Shown here: one piece after another, positions 30,241 to 40,221 of the stretch | Position numbering within the stretch: the first letter of the stretch is position 1 | How the letters are laid out: every line of letters starts with the position of its first letter | Assembly (NCBI GenBank): GCA_964555185.1 | Contig: CAZKRD010000003.1 | Coordinates: forward strand, 83,943 to 147,942 | Origin: an uncultured Candidatus Saccharibacteria bacterium | GTDB lineage: Bacteria > Patescibacteriota > JAQUNI01 | DNA: 64,000 nucleotides | Reading direction: 5' to 3' | Notes under the pieces: model-generated | The model's database searches: none | What the model was told of the DNA's origin: nothing | The model's input: only the letters and a program-made list of their open reading frames with translations | Made by a program: the position numbers and the translations under genes

Positions 30241-31212
30241 ATGTCTAAACCCAAGAAAACAAAAATACTAGTCACTGGCGCAGGCGGGTTTATTGGTCAT
30301 CACCTGGTCCGTTTTTTAAAAAAGAAAAGATATTGGGTGAGAGGGGTGGATCTTAAATATCCTGAATTTTCACCAAAAAACGAAGCAGATCAGTTTTTGC
30401 TTTTAGATTTGCGAGATCCCTCAAATTGCATTAAGGCAACCAAAGGTATGAGTAAGGTTTATTCCCTCGCCGCCAACATGGGGGGAATTGGTTTTATCAG
30501 CAGTGTTAAGGCCGAGGTAATGCGCGACAATGTTCTGATCAATGCTCATATCGCGGAAGCTTGCTATCGCAATAGTGTAAAGAGATTATTTTTTTCTTCT
30601 TCCGCCTGTGTCTATCCTGTTTCCAAACAGACAAATTCAAAAGTGATCGCCTTGAGAGAAAAAGACGCTTATCCGGCTGATCCGGATAATGAATACGGCT
30701 GGGAAAAATTATTTTCCGAAAGAATCTATCAAAACTATTATCAAGATCGGGGTTTGGATATCCGAATTGCCCGTTTTCATAATATCTTTGGTCCCGAAGG
30801 GACTTTTGAAGGCGGCCGGGAGAAAGCGCCAGCCGCTCTCTGCCGCAAGGCGGCAAAAGCCCAGCCAGGTGGGGTAATTGAGATTTGGGGTGATGGCCGT
30901 CAGACCCGATCCTTTTGCTATATTGATGATTGTTTGGAAGGGATTTATCGGTTGATGAATTCGAGTTGTCGTCAGCCTTTGAATGTTGGCTCTGACCGTC
31001 TCGTGACAATCAACAGGTTAGTTGATATAATTATCGGAATTTCGGGAAAAAAGTTAAAAAAGAAATATCTTACAAACAAGCCCCAAGGCGTGCGCGGACG
31101 TAATTCAGATAATAGATTGTGTAAAAGGATTTTAGACTGGAGCCCGCAGATTTCCCTAGAAGAGGGATTGCGCCGGAATTATCAATGGATCGCAGATCAG
31201 ATTAGGTCTTAA
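30241..31212 (+). CDS. GDP-mannose 3,5-epimerase (GME-type extended SDR)
   Basis: The protein starts ILVTGAGGFIGHHL. YGWEK...RFHNIFGPEGTFEGGREKAPAALCRKA...GVRGRNSDN aligns closely with plant/bacterial GME (RFHNIYGPFGTWKGGREKAPAAFCRKA...GVRGRNSDN). Confidence 0.75.
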   Translation: MSKPKKTKILVTGAGGFIGHHLVRFLKKKRYWVRGVDLKYPEFSPKNEADQFLLLDLRDPSNCIKATKGMSKVYSLAANMGGIGFISSVKAEVMRDNVLINAHIAEACYRNSVKRLFFSSSACVYPVSKQTNSKVIALREKDAYPADPDNEYGWEKLFSERIYQNYYQDRGLDIRIARFHNIFGPEGTFEGGREKAPAALCRKAAKAQPGGVIEIWGDGRQTRSFCYIDDCLEGIYRLMNSSCRQPLNVGSDRLVTINRLVDIIIGISGKKLKKKYLTNKPQGVRGRNSDNRLCKRILDWSPQISLEEGLRRNYQWIADQIRS

Positions 31213-31225
31213 CCTGTATTATAAA

Positions 31226-32257
31226 ATGCAAGTATTTTTATCCGGAGCCCACAACCGACCATCAGGAGGGACCAAGGTGATTAATCAGACTGCCCGGTTG
31301 TTTTCGGAGAAAGGGCATAGGGCTTGCGTTGTGATTCCAGGCAAACCTTATCGGGCGCATTTTATTTCTGACCCGGCAGAGATAATCGGTTTTTCCGATA
31401 TGGTTTCTCGCTGCAAACGAGAAGATATTATTATTGATGGCTGGCCGCTCAAAGAATCATGGGAAGCGACAAAAAAAGCAAAAGCAGAACGAAAGGTTTT
31501 TTGGCAGCAGGGCGCCTCGATTCCAATTGGTTGGAATTTTGTCGGTCCCAAAGTCTTTGCTCCTAATAGTATCTACACCCATCACTGGAACGTGAGCCGC
31601 GCCTGCCGGGATTATCTCCAAGACAAATACAATCTTTCTAAAATAGATATTGTTCATCCCTTTTTTGATACCCCAGGCTTAAATAAATATGTCAACAAAA
31701 GGCAGATCAGGGAAAGGAGAGGCATTCTTTGTTTGGCTGCAAGGGGTTCTTCCGTCCTCCCTTATATCTTAAGAGCATTTTCTGCTAGGACGAAAATTAC
31801 TGTGATTCACGGTCGTTATCATGAAGAAGAGTTTTTTAGGGAGCTTCTCTGTCATAAGTTTTTTGTTTCTTTGGATCAGGGAATAGGCAATCCGCCTTTT
31901 TGGCTTAAACTAAAGAGGAGAGCCCTGTTTTTAGTTAGCGCGGAGGAAAGGTATAAGAATTTTTGGCTCGTGCCAAGGGGCCGGATCTTGGGCTTTCCGA
32001 TGCCGCCAGCTGAAGCTGCGCGGTGTGGCGCTGTCGTGATCGGTTTTGCGATGGGCGGGGGCTTGGAATGGATGAACAAAAAGAATTGTTTTTTAGCAAA
32101 AGACAAGAATTTAAAATCGCTTTTGTTGAATATCAGAAGAGCTTTGAATACCAGTGAAGAAGAGTTGCAAGCTGTTGCAAAAAGGGGTTTCCGGGCCACC
32201 AATAAATTTACCAAAGCGCATACCTGGCAGCAGATATGTTCTTCTTTGGGGCTATGA
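31226..32257 (+). CDS. Hypothetical protein, possible GT-B fold glycosyltransferase
   Basis: The C-terminal GFPMPPAEAARCGAVVIGFAMGGGLEWM resembles the GT1/GT4 donor-binding region. This call is weak. Confidence 0.35.
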   Translation: MQVFLSGAHNRPSGGTKVINQTARLFSEKGHRACVVIPGKPYRAHFISDPAEIIGFSDMVSRCKREDIIIDGWPLKESWEATKKAKAERKVFWQQGASIPIGWNFVGPKVFAPNSIYTHHWNVSRACRDYLQDKYNLSKIDIVHPFFDTPGLNKYVNKRQIRERRGILCLAARGSSVLPYILRAFSARTKITVIHGRYHEEEFFRELLCHKFFVSLDQGIGNPPFWLKLKRRALFLVSAEERYKNFWLVPRGRILGFPMPPAEAARCGAVVIGFAMGGGLEWMNKKNCFLAKDKNLKSLLLNIRRALNTSEEELQAVAKRGFRATNKFTKAHTWQQICSSLGL

Positions 32258-33021
32258 GATTAAATCGAAAGAAAGCAGTTAAAACAATAGTTGATTTTTT
32301 AATCAAAGAATTCCGAAAGAGAAATAAGACAAAGGCCGTGGTTGGGATTTCTGGCGGATTAGACTCTGGGCTTACTGCTTTCTTGTGCCAAAGAGCGGGC
32401 TTAGACCTGTATGCCGCGATTTTGCCTTATCAAAAAAGGGGATTGCGGGACAGCAAGAGAGTGTGTTCTTTTTTGAATTTGGGCAGAAACCGAGTGGTGG
32501 TTTTAGATCTTGGCCCTTGGATTGATTTGCAGACTAAAACCTTACAAGATTTGATTAAGCTGGACCGGGTTGATCAAGGCAATCTCGCGGCCAGGCAAAG
32601 AATGGCGGTTCAGTATGCGGTTGCCAGATCGTTAGGCGGTTTGGTCGTCGGTACCGAGAACTTGAGCGAATATTATCTGGGTTATTTTACTCTGCACGGT
32701 GACAGCGCTTGTGATTTGAACCCGCTCGCCTGTCTTTTTAAAACCGAGGCGATTGCCCTGGCCAAGGATTTAGGCTTGCCCAAATGGCTTTTCAGCAAAA
32801 CACCCTCTGCCAATCTTTGGCCGGGTCAGAGCGACGAGAAAGAACTGGGTTTTAGTTACAAAAAAGCAGACCCAATTATTTATCTTTATAAAGTAAAGAG
32901 AATAGCGCCCTCTCTGATAGTCAAAAAATATGGTTTCAAAGAAAGCCTAGTTTTAGAAGTGATAGAGAGGATAAAACTTACGAATTATAAGCGCAAGAGA
33001 CTCCCGCGGCCAAATTTATGA
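32236..33021 (+). CDS. nadE: NH3-dependent NAD+ synthetase
   Basis: The PP-loop is AVVGISGGLDSGLTAFL (SGGxDS). It is NadE-sized, about 250 aa from the internal Met. Confidence 0.8.
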   Translation: MFFFGAMRLNRKKAVKTIVDFLIKEFRKRNKTKAVVGISGGLDSGLTAFLCQRAGLDLYAAILPYQKRGLRDSKRVCSFLNLGRNRVVVLDLGPWIDLQTKTLQDLIKLDRVDQGNLAARQRMAVQYAVARSLGGLVVGTENLSEYYLGYFTLHGDSACDLNPLACLFKTEAIALAKDLGLPKWLFSKTPSANLWPGQSDEKELGFSYKKADPIIYLYKVKRIAPSLIVKKYGFKESLVLEVIERIKLTNYKRKRLPRPNL

Positions 33022-33791
33022 GTGAGATTTTAGAAGTCGAAAGATTTTGGGACAACCGCCCTTGTAATATCCGCCACTCAAAAAAGCCGGTCGGCAGCCG
33101 CGTCTATTTTGACGAGGTAGAAAGACGTAAATATTTTATTGAGCCCCATATCCCATCTTTTGCTCAATTTAAAAAATGGAAAGGCAAGAAGGTTCTTGAG
33201 ATCGGTTGTGGGATTGGGACGGATGCAGTTAATTTTGTTCGCGCTGGCGCCAAGCTGACTGCTACTGAAATTTCAGGTAAAACCTTGGAAGTTTGCAGAA
33301 AGAGATTCTGGGTTTACAATCTTCCTGCTCGTTTCTATCTTGGCAATGCCGAGAAGTTAAGCTTTTTTGTGCCAGAGGAGAAGTACGATTTGATTTATTC
33401 TTTCGGCGTAATCCACTATACCCCTCGTCCAGAAAGAGCGATTTCGGAGATTAAAAAATATTGCGGCCCAAGGACCGAGGTTAAAATTATGCTTTACTCT
33501 AAGTGGAGCTTCAAGGTTTTGTGGATTATTTTCAAATTCGGCAAAGGGGCATTTTGGAGGGTCAATGAATTAGTGCCAGAATATTCGGAAGCCCAAACCG
33601 GCTGTCCAGTTACTTGGTGCTATTCTCTCCGCGAGATCCGCAGGCTTTTGCCTGGTTTTAAAATCATTGAAATCCGCAAGGAACATATTTTCCCTTACAA
33701 AATTTTCAAATATATCAAATATCAGTATGAAAAGATGTGGTATTTTCGTCTGATGCCGCAATCTTTGTCTCGTTGCTTGGAAAGAATTTGA
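33018..33791 (+). CDS. Class I SAM-dependent methyltransferase
   Basis: The SAM-binding motif I is VLEIGCGIGTDAVNFVRAGAKLTATEIS. Confidence 0.7.
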   Translation: MSEILEVERFWDNRPCNIRHSKKPVGSRVYFDEVERRKYFIEPHIPSFAQFKKWKGKKVLEIGCGIGTDAVNFVRAGAKLTATEISGKTLEVCRKRFWVYNLPARFYLGNAEKLSFFVPEEKYDLIYSFGVIHYTPRPERAISEIKKYCGPRTEVKIMLYSKWSFKVLWIIFKFGKGAFWRVNELVPEYSEAQTGCPVTWCYSLREIRRLLPGFKIIEIRKEHIFPYKIFKYIKYQYEKMWYFRLMPQSLSRCLERI

Positions 33792-33839
33792 GGTTGGCAC
33801 ACTTTAGTCACGGCTCAACTTAAAGATTAGTGGTTATTT

Positions 33840-35141
33840 ATGTCCCAAAAACAAAAAATTTCCGTAATCGGTTTAGGCAAACTAGGCGCTCCCCTCCTTG
33901 CTTGTTTTGCTTCGCGCGGGTATCAGGTGATTGGCGTAGATCTAGACCCTCGTCCGGTTAGTTTAATCAATCAAGCCAGGTCTCCGGCTTTTGAACCAGG
34001 GGTCCCCACTCTTTTGCGCAAGAATAAAGAGAGGATCAGAGCGACCCGGGACTATAAAGAAGCTATTTTGGATTCCGACTTTACTTTTATTATTGTGCCA
34101 ACGCCGAGCCAAGCAAATGGTCAATTTTCTAATCGATATGTTAAGGTGGCGGGCAGGGAAATCAGCAAAGCCTTAAGAGAAAAAATGGGTTTCCATCTGG
34201 TCGCCCTAGTCAGTACAGTCAGTCCGGGTTCAACCGAAGGAGAGCTTTTGCCGGTTTTAGAAAAGTATTCTGGCAAAAAAGCAGGCCGTGATTTTGGCTT
34301 GTGTTATAACCCCACCTTCATTGCTTTGGGTAATGCGATCAGAACTATTCTTTATCCTGATTTTATCTTGATTGGCGAGTGTGACAAGAAGAGCGGCAAT
34401 ATGCTGGAAGAATTCTATCAAAACTTATGTCCTGATCATCCGCCGATCAAAAGAATGGCGATGATCAATGCTGAAATTACCAAGATCGCCCTGAATACTT
34501 ATGTTACGACCAAGATTTCTTATGCTAATATGTTGGCAGAACTATGTGAGAGGGTGCCGGGAGGCAATGTTGACGCGGTAACAGATGCTTTGGGCTGTGA
34601 TCAACGGATCGGTTCCAAATATTTAAAAGGGGCTTTGGGTTATGGCGGACCCTGCTTTCCGAGGGACAATCGCGCTCTACTTTCTTATGGCCGCAACTTG
34701 GGTATTCCTTTGCCGCTTGCCGAGGCGACAGACAAGATTAATCAGAGACAGACCTCTCGTTTGATTAAAAAGATTATTTCTCTTTTGCCAAAAAGAGGAA
34801 GGGTCGGTATCTTAGGCCTTTCTTATAAGCCGGATACGAATGTTGTGGAAGAATCACAGGGTATTTTGCTTATTAAGGTTCTGCTCCGCCGGGGAATTTC
34901 AGTGATTGCTTACGACCCTCGTGCCTTGGAAAATGCCAGGAAAGTTTTAGGAGACAAAATAACTCTTGCTTCTTCTGGCGAAGAATGCGCGAGACAAGCA
35001 GATCTTATTGTCTTGATCACTCCCTGGCCAGAGTTCCGTAGGATCAAAAAAGCAGATTTGAGAAACAAAAAAGTGATTGACTGCTGGCGCTTCTGGGGTC
35101 AGCCAAAACAAAAGGGGCATTTAGCTTTAGGAATCAATTAA
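33840..35141 (+). CDS. Nucleotide-sugar dehydrogenase (UDP-glucose/GDP-mannose/UDP-ManNAc 6-dehydrogenase family)
   Basis: The N-terminal NAD Rossmann is ISVIGLGKLGAPLLACF. The catalytic Cys motif is GYGGPCFPRD. Length is 433 aa. Confidence 0.8.
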   Translation: MSQKQKISVIGLGKLGAPLLACFASRGYQVIGVDLDPRPVSLINQARSPAFEPGVPTLLRKNKERIRATRDYKEAILDSDFTFIIVPTPSQANGQFSNRYVKVAGREISKALREKMGFHLVALVSTVSPGSTEGELLPVLEKYSGKKAGRDFGLCYNPTFIALGNAIRTILYPDFILIGECDKKSGNMLEEFYQNLCPDHPPIKRMAMINAEITKIALNTYVTTKISYANMLAELCERVPGGNVDAVTDALGCDQRIGSKYLKGALGYGGPCFPRDNRALLSYGRNLGIPLPLAEATDKINQRQTSRLIKKIISLLPKRGRVGILGLSYKPDTNVVEESQGILLIKVLLRRGISVIAYDPRALENARKVLGDKITLASSGEECARQADLIVLITPWPEFRRIKKADLRNKKVIDCWRFWGQPKQKGHLALGIN

Positions 35142-35151
35142 GCTCTTCACT

Positions 35152-36027
35152 ATGGATTATCCACGGATCAGCCTAGTTACGGGCTGTTACAATCACGAGA
35201 AATATATTGGTGAAACCATCGAGTCTGTGGTCTCCCAAGGGTACCCCAATTTGCAGTATGTGGTGGTTAATGACGGGAGTACAGATAAGAGTGAAAAGAT
35301 AATCAAAAAGTATGCCCGTTATCTTGATCATTGGGAAACCTGGCCGGGTTATCGCAAGAATATTGTGCCAGCAATCAATCGAGGATTTTCTCATACCAAC
35401 GGTGAGATTATGGGTTGGTTGAACAGTAAAAATATTCTATTCCCGAAAAGTCTTTTCACCCTTGCTGAGATTTTTAGAGAACTCCCTAAAATAAATTGGC
35501 TGACGGGACTTGCCGCGAATATTGATCATCAGGGAAGAATCTTAAGCGTTAATTCTTACAAAAAGAATGTCTATGATTATTTAAGCGGAGATTGGTCAGT
35601 GATCCAGCAGGAATCAACCTTTTGGCGGCGTCCCCTTTGGGAGCGGGCAGGCGGCCGTCTTGTTAATCGCTGGGCTTTTGACCTTGAACTTTGGACCCGG
35701 TTTTTTTTACGCGCTAAACTTTATCATGTCAATACTGTTTTAGGCGCTTATCGTCTTATTCCAGAGGCTTCGTCAATTAAAAACAAAGGGAGGTATCGTC
35801 GTTTGGCCGAAAAAGGATTAAGGGAGATGCGCGAGAGATCATCAAAAAAACTTGTTGCTAGAGCGAGGGTCTACCGCTTTGGGAGAAAATATTTTTATCC
35901 TATTTTAGGTTTGATGCCAGGGAAAATGTTCGGCCATTTTTTTCCGCGTTGCGCCTACAAGACAATCTCCTACTCTTTTCAACATAAATCTTGGCAGATC
36001 GCAGCCCGAAACCCTTTTAAAAAGTGA
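35152..36027 (+). CDS. Glycosyltransferase family 2
   Basis: ISLVTGCYNHEKYIGETIESVVSQGYPNLQYVVVNDGSTDKS is the GT-A N-terminus with DxD. Confidence 0.8.
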   Translation: MDYPRISLVTGCYNHEKYIGETIESVVSQGYPNLQYVVVNDGSTDKSEKIIKKYARYLDHWETWPGYRKNIVPAINRGFSHTNGEIMGWLNSKNILFPKSLFTLAEIFRELPKINWLTGLAANIDHQGRILSVNSYKKNVYDYLSGDWSVIQQESTFWRRPLWERAGGRLVNRWAFDLELWTRFFLRAKLYHVNTVLGAYRLIPEASSIKNKGRYRRLAEKGLREMRERSSKKLVARARVYRFGRKYFYPILGLMPGKMFGHFFPRCAYKTISYSFQHKSWQIAARNPFKK

Positions 36028-36031
36028 TCAA

Positions 36032-36925
36032 TTGAATATGTATCCTCTTGTCTCTGTAATTATTCCGAGCCACAACGCGGGCCGCACACTTGCAACGGCG
36101 ATTCATTCAATTCTGGGACAAACCTATCCTCGTTTAGAGATTATTGTCGTAGATGATAACAGCGTTGATCATACTAAAGAGATCATCTCTGGATTTCTAA
36201 AAGAGTTTGATAATATTAGATATTACTCCTTGCCCTATGATGACCCCAAACGGCTTGATCATAAGGGAAAGAATATCAATGCTGGCTGGCTCGCCCGCAA
36301 CTATGGGATCAGAGAGGCAAAAGGCGAATGGATTACTTTTCAGGATGCGGATGATGCTTCCTTGCCTAGTCGGATTTTGTTTCAGTATAGGGCGGCAGAG
36401 AAGTTTAATTCTTCCCATGTCTGCATTGATTGGCAAAGATTTCAAAAAAGGCTTTTAGCTAAATCTGTTAATTTTAGCTCGATCAAAGGAGGTGGCCGCA
36501 AACTCTTTGTTTCAACAGATAAGATATTAGGTTTAGTCCGAAAAACCAAGGGCCCTCTTTTTTCTGTCCTGGGAGCGGCACACAGGAAGATCCCCTTTAT
36601 AATCAAGAAACAATGGCCGCTTGAGCCTTTGTTTTTTAAATCATGGGTTTCTTATCCTTGCGCTGGTAATTGCGCCTTGGTTAAAAAAGAGGTGTTGGAG
36701 AAGATAAGATTCAGGCCGTTATCCCAAAGAATCTGGCCCTCAAAGCGCGGCCGGGGCGCGGACCGGGATTTTAATTTCCAAGTAGCAGAAATATTTCGCA
36801 ACAGCATCTGCCTTAAAATTCCCCTGTATCTTTGGCGGGTTAAAAGGCAAAATTCAAATTATCTAAAATTATGCAGAAACTTTGGGAGAAAACAATTAAT
36901 ACCATCTTCCAAAAAGCAGGATTAG
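36032..36925 (+). CDS. Glycosyltransferase family 2
   Basis: VSVIIPSHNAGRTLATAIHSILGQTYPRLEIIVVDDNSVDHT and a later DADD motif are present. Confidence 0.8.
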   Translation: MNMYPLVSVIIPSHNAGRTLATAIHSILGQTYPRLEIIVVDDNSVDHTKEIISGFLKEFDNIRYYSLPYDDPKRLDHKGKNINAGWLARNYGIREAKGEWITFQDADDASLPSRILFQYRAAEKFNSSHVCIDWQRFQKRLLAKSVNFSSIKGGGRKLFVSTDKILGLVRKTKGPLFSVLGAAHRKIPFIIKKQWPLEPLFFKSWVSYPCAGNCALVKKEVLEKIRFRPLSQRIWPSKRGRGADRDFNFQVAEIFRNSICLKIPLYLWRVKRQNSNYLKLCRNFGRKQLIPSSKKQD

Positions 36926-37683
36926 AAGTCAAAAGACTAGATAAGAAAAAGAACCGCATGTCTCTCCGGGGAGCATTGTTGCATATTAAACGGTTGGGGT
37001 TTTATCCTAAGACCGTGATTGATCTGGGGGCGGCATTTGGGTCTTGGACAAGAAACTGCGTCCAGGTTTTCCCGAGAGCGCGCTACTTTCTGATTGATCC
37101 ATTGGGGGAGTATAGGAACTCACTCCAAGCAGCAGTTTCGGGAATTAAAAAGGCAAAGTATTTTAAAGTTGCCACAGGGTCGGAAAATAAAACCGCAACA
37201 ATCAACGTTCATAATGATTTAGTAGGTTCATCATTTTTCAGAGAACAGGAAGGGGCATCTGCAGATGGAACACCACGAAAAGTGGAGATGAAACGTTTGG
37301 ATGATATTGTTGCAGAACAGGGTGTCTTAGGGCCATTTTTAATCAAGATAGATGTGCAAGGAGCGGAGTTAGAGGTGCTGACTGGCGCAGAGAAGACATT
37401 GACCAGCACAGAGTATGTTATTTTGGAGACTACTCTCTTTTGCAGTATGATTGGTAGCCGGGGGATATACGATGTTTTAAAATTTATGAAAGAGCGAGGC
37501 TTTGTTTTCTATGATATTATTTCCTGTTTGTATCGTCCCTTGGATGGCGCTTTGTGTCAGATTGACACCGCTTTTGTAAAAGAAGATTCCTTGTTTCGGA
37601 AAGATCATCGGTATTGTACCCGGAGACAGCGGATTGTTCAGGATAAGCGGTTCCGGAAAAAGAACAAGAAAAGATTAATTTAA
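36871..37683 (+). CDS. FkbM-family methyltransferase
   Basis: VIDLGAAFGSWT...FLIDPLGEY...TATINVHNDLVGSSFF fits the FkbM domain pattern. Confidence 0.7.
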   Translation: MQKLWEKTINTIFQKAGLEVKRLDKKKNRMSLRGALLHIKRLGFYPKTVIDLGAAFGSWTRNCVQVFPRARYFLIDPLGEYRNSLQAAVSGIKKAKYFKVATGSENKTATINVHNDLVGSSFFREQEGASADGTPRKVEMKRLDDIVAEQGVLGPFLIKIDVQGAELEVLTGAEKTLTSTEYVILETTLFCSMIGSRGIYDVLKFMKERGFVFYDIISCLYRPLDGALCQIDTAFVKEDSLFRKDHRYCTRRQRIVQDKRFRKKNKKRLI

Positions 37684-37772
37684 GGCCCCAGTCATATGTG
37701 GAATCTTGGGTGTTTTTGGCAACACGTAATCCATATTTCTGACGGGTTAAGAATCAAACCCCAATTATGTAA

Positions 37773-38876
37773 ATGTTTCTAAATAATCCCAAAATTTTAT
37801 TTATTTACAGAAGCTCTCTGATTGTTGATGCCTTGAAAGATATATCTTCTTCGCAGCACCCCAAGGATTTCCTTTATGGTTTGGATCGCCTCCTTTCTCA
37901 AAAAGATTTAAATGTTGACTGGATTAATATTAAGAAAGGCAAGCGCGATACTTTAGCTCGTAAACTTTTCTATTTTATTGAAAAGCCATTCTCTTTGTTT
38001 ACTAAATTAGGTATGCCACTGGAAATCTATTTTGAGAACAAGAAGAAGATTCGTGAAAGTGAGGTAATTATTTGCGTTAACGATGCGATTAGCCTTTCTT
38101 TGTTATTCGCGAAGATGCTTGGTTTAGTAAAAGGCAGGGTCTTTATCTTGATCCAGTCTTTGCCTGAACGTTTAAAATATTTTAGAAGAAACAAGCCCCT
38201 AATTTTTTTTATCCAAAGGCTTTTGTCTAAAGCCGATCTTGTTCTCACTTTATCTGATTGCGCAAAAAGGCCTTTGGTTACAACTTTTAAGGTGCCCGCA
38301 AAGAAATTGCTATCCTTCTATTTTGGCGCGGACCTAAATTACTGGAAAGCCGCCTCTGGGATCAAAAGAAAGGATTTCATCTTGTCCGTGGGCAATGATT
38401 TTAACCGCGATTACGAAACCCTTGTTCGCACAGCGCCTCCAGATAGACGGCTTGTGATTGTGACCAAGAAAAAAATTGATTTCAGGGGCAAAAAAAACAT
38501 CAGAGTAGTTTCTGATATTCCTGATAGATTTTTGCGCCACCTTTATCGTTCTTGCTCTTTAGTTGTGATTCCTTCTGTTAAAATCAAGCGTGAGTCATCT
38601 GGTTTAAGCTGTGCTCTTCAGGCGATGGCTTGCGGCGCTCCGGTCTTGCTCTCAGATAGCCCGCCTATGCGCGAATATTTTAAAGAGGATAAACATGTTT
38701 TCTTTTATAGGCCAGAGGACGCAGAGGATCTTAAAAACAAAATTGTGATGGTATTAAGTGATCCCGTAAGCTGCGCTTCCAAGGCGCAAACAGAAGCCCA
38801 AGGCTTAATTTTTCGTAAATTCACGACAAGGCGGATGGCTGGGACATGGCACGATATCTTCAAAGGTAAGAGCTAG
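37773..38876 (+). CDS. Glycosyltransferase family 1 (GT4-like)
   Basis: The C-terminal donor-binding region is VIPSVKIKRESSGLSCALQAMACGAPVLLSDSPPMREYF. Confidence 0.7.
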   Translation: MFLNNPKILFIYRSSLIVDALKDISSSQHPKDFLYGLDRLLSQKDLNVDWINIKKGKRDTLARKLFYFIEKPFSLFTKLGMPLEIYFENKKKIRESEVIICVNDAISLSLLFAKMLGLVKGRVFILIQSLPERLKYFRRNKPLIFFIQRLLSKADLVLTLSDCAKRPLVTTFKVPAKKLLSFYFGADLNYWKAASGIKRKDFILSVGNDFNRDYETLVRTAPPDRRLVIVTKKKIDFRGKKNIRVVSDIPDRFLRHLYRSCSLVVIPSVKIKRESSGLSCALQAMACGAPVLLSDSPPMREYFKEDKHVFFYRPEDAEDLKNKIVMVLSDPVSCASKAQTEAQGLIFRKFTTRRMAGTWHDIFKGKS

Positions 38877-38903
38877 TTAAGATTGAATTTGTGCTTTGTT
38901 GTC

Positions 38904-40154
38904 TTATGTTTTTTTAAATAGAAATATTTGTAAGGCAAAACCAACGCTTTGAGAAACAAGCGAGGCAATAACAGCGCCGCCTAATCCCCAGATAGGGACG
39001 AAAATCAAGAGAGCGGTAATTGTCATAACAGGAGAAAAGATGCTTAAAATATAGAGAGTCTTTTTTTGTTTTTGAGCTTGGAAATAGATACCGAGCAGGG
39101 TTTGGGGGATAAAGATGATCGTTAAGCTAAAGATTTGGGAATAGAAGATTGAGTCAAGGTATTGAGGGAAGAAGACTTTATAAATAAAAGGAGCAAGAAA
39201 GAGATAAAGGATAATCAAGGGGATCAAGACAAAGTAGAGTTTAATTATTTTTTTTAACAGGGTGGCTTTGATTTCGCTTTTTTTCTGTTCACTGAATTTA
39301 GGCAGAGCAATGGGGAAAACATTAGTAAAAAGATTTTTTAGCTGTTGGGGGACGAGGATCGCGAAAGAATAAATGGCCAAAGAGCTTGCGCCCATGGAAT
39401 GCCAAAGAACAATCGGCGCTGCCTGGTTCGCGATCGTGTGAAATACCCCGATCAGGCTTAAGTGCTTACCGTAGGAGATGGCTTTAGGATCACTCTTTTT
39501 GTTCAAGGGCTGTTTTTTTAAAGAAAATATAAGGAAGAAAAGACGCAAAATTGTGAAAGAGAGAAAATAGACAAGAAGAATGAGGAATAAATTCTTGGTG
39601 AGAAGCAGGGTTGCGACCAAAGCCGAAGTAGAGAGAACCTGAATCACAATATTGTATTTTGTGTTGCGGTCGAAGCGCTTCCTGCCCTTCCAAAGCGCGC
39701 CATAGAGCATAAAGGGGTACATCAGGGGCAAAAAGAGAGCGACAATTAAGAAGGAGATTGCCAGTGTTCTGTTTTCAATAATCAAGTAGTATTCAGCAAG
39801 CCCCAAACTTGCGAGACTGCCAATTAGGCTCCAAATGAGTTTTGTTTTGAGCGCGGGGATAAAGCAGGCCTCTCGTCCGCGGGCGACAGCGCGGATCACT
39901 GCCGTATTGATTCCAGAAAGGGTCGGGATTGCCAGGATACTGATTAGGGAGAGGATATAACGATAATTGCCATAGGTTTCACGAGGCAGAAGGTTGGCAA
40001 AAGCAATAGCCAAGAGAATTCCAGATAAGGTCGCGACCGCTTGATTTAAGGTTAACCAAAAACCTCCCGAGGCTAAATAAACCATGTCGGTTTTAGTATA
40101 TTTTTCTGACCAGCGGAGGAGGTTATGAATTTTTTGTTTTACGTGCTTGATCAA
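38904..40154 (-). CDS. Polysaccharide/O-unit flippase (Wzx/MOP superfamily, about 12 TM)
   Basis: The protein is 416 aa and almost entirely hydrophobic helices, with a basic loop KGRKRFDRNTKYN. It sits in a GT cluster. Confidence 0.65.
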   Translation of the reverse strand: MIKHVKQKIHNLLRWSEKYTKTDMVYLASGGFWLTLNQAVATLSGILLAIAFANLLPRETYGNYRYILSLISILAIPTLSGINTAVIRAVARGREACFIPALKTKLIWSLIGSLASLGLAEYYLIIENRTLAISFLIVALFLPLMYPFMLYGALWKGRKRFDRNTKYNIVIQVLSTSALVATLLLTKNLFLILLVYFLSFTILRLFFLIFSLKKQPLNKKSDPKAISYGKHLSLIGVFHTIANQAAPIVLWHSMGASSLAIYSFAILVPQQLKNLFTNVFPIALPKFSEQKKSEIKATLLKKIIKLYFVLIPLIILYLFLAPFIYKVFFPQYLDSIFYSQIFSLTIIFIPQTLLGIYFQAQKQKKTLYILSIFSPVMTITALLIFVPIWGLGGAVIASLVSQSVGFALQIFLFKKT

Positions 40155-40221
40155 TTTTTTTACTTTTTTTGTTTACTAAATTTAAAAGATGGATTAGAAT
40201 GAAAGGAACTCAGAAAGATGT

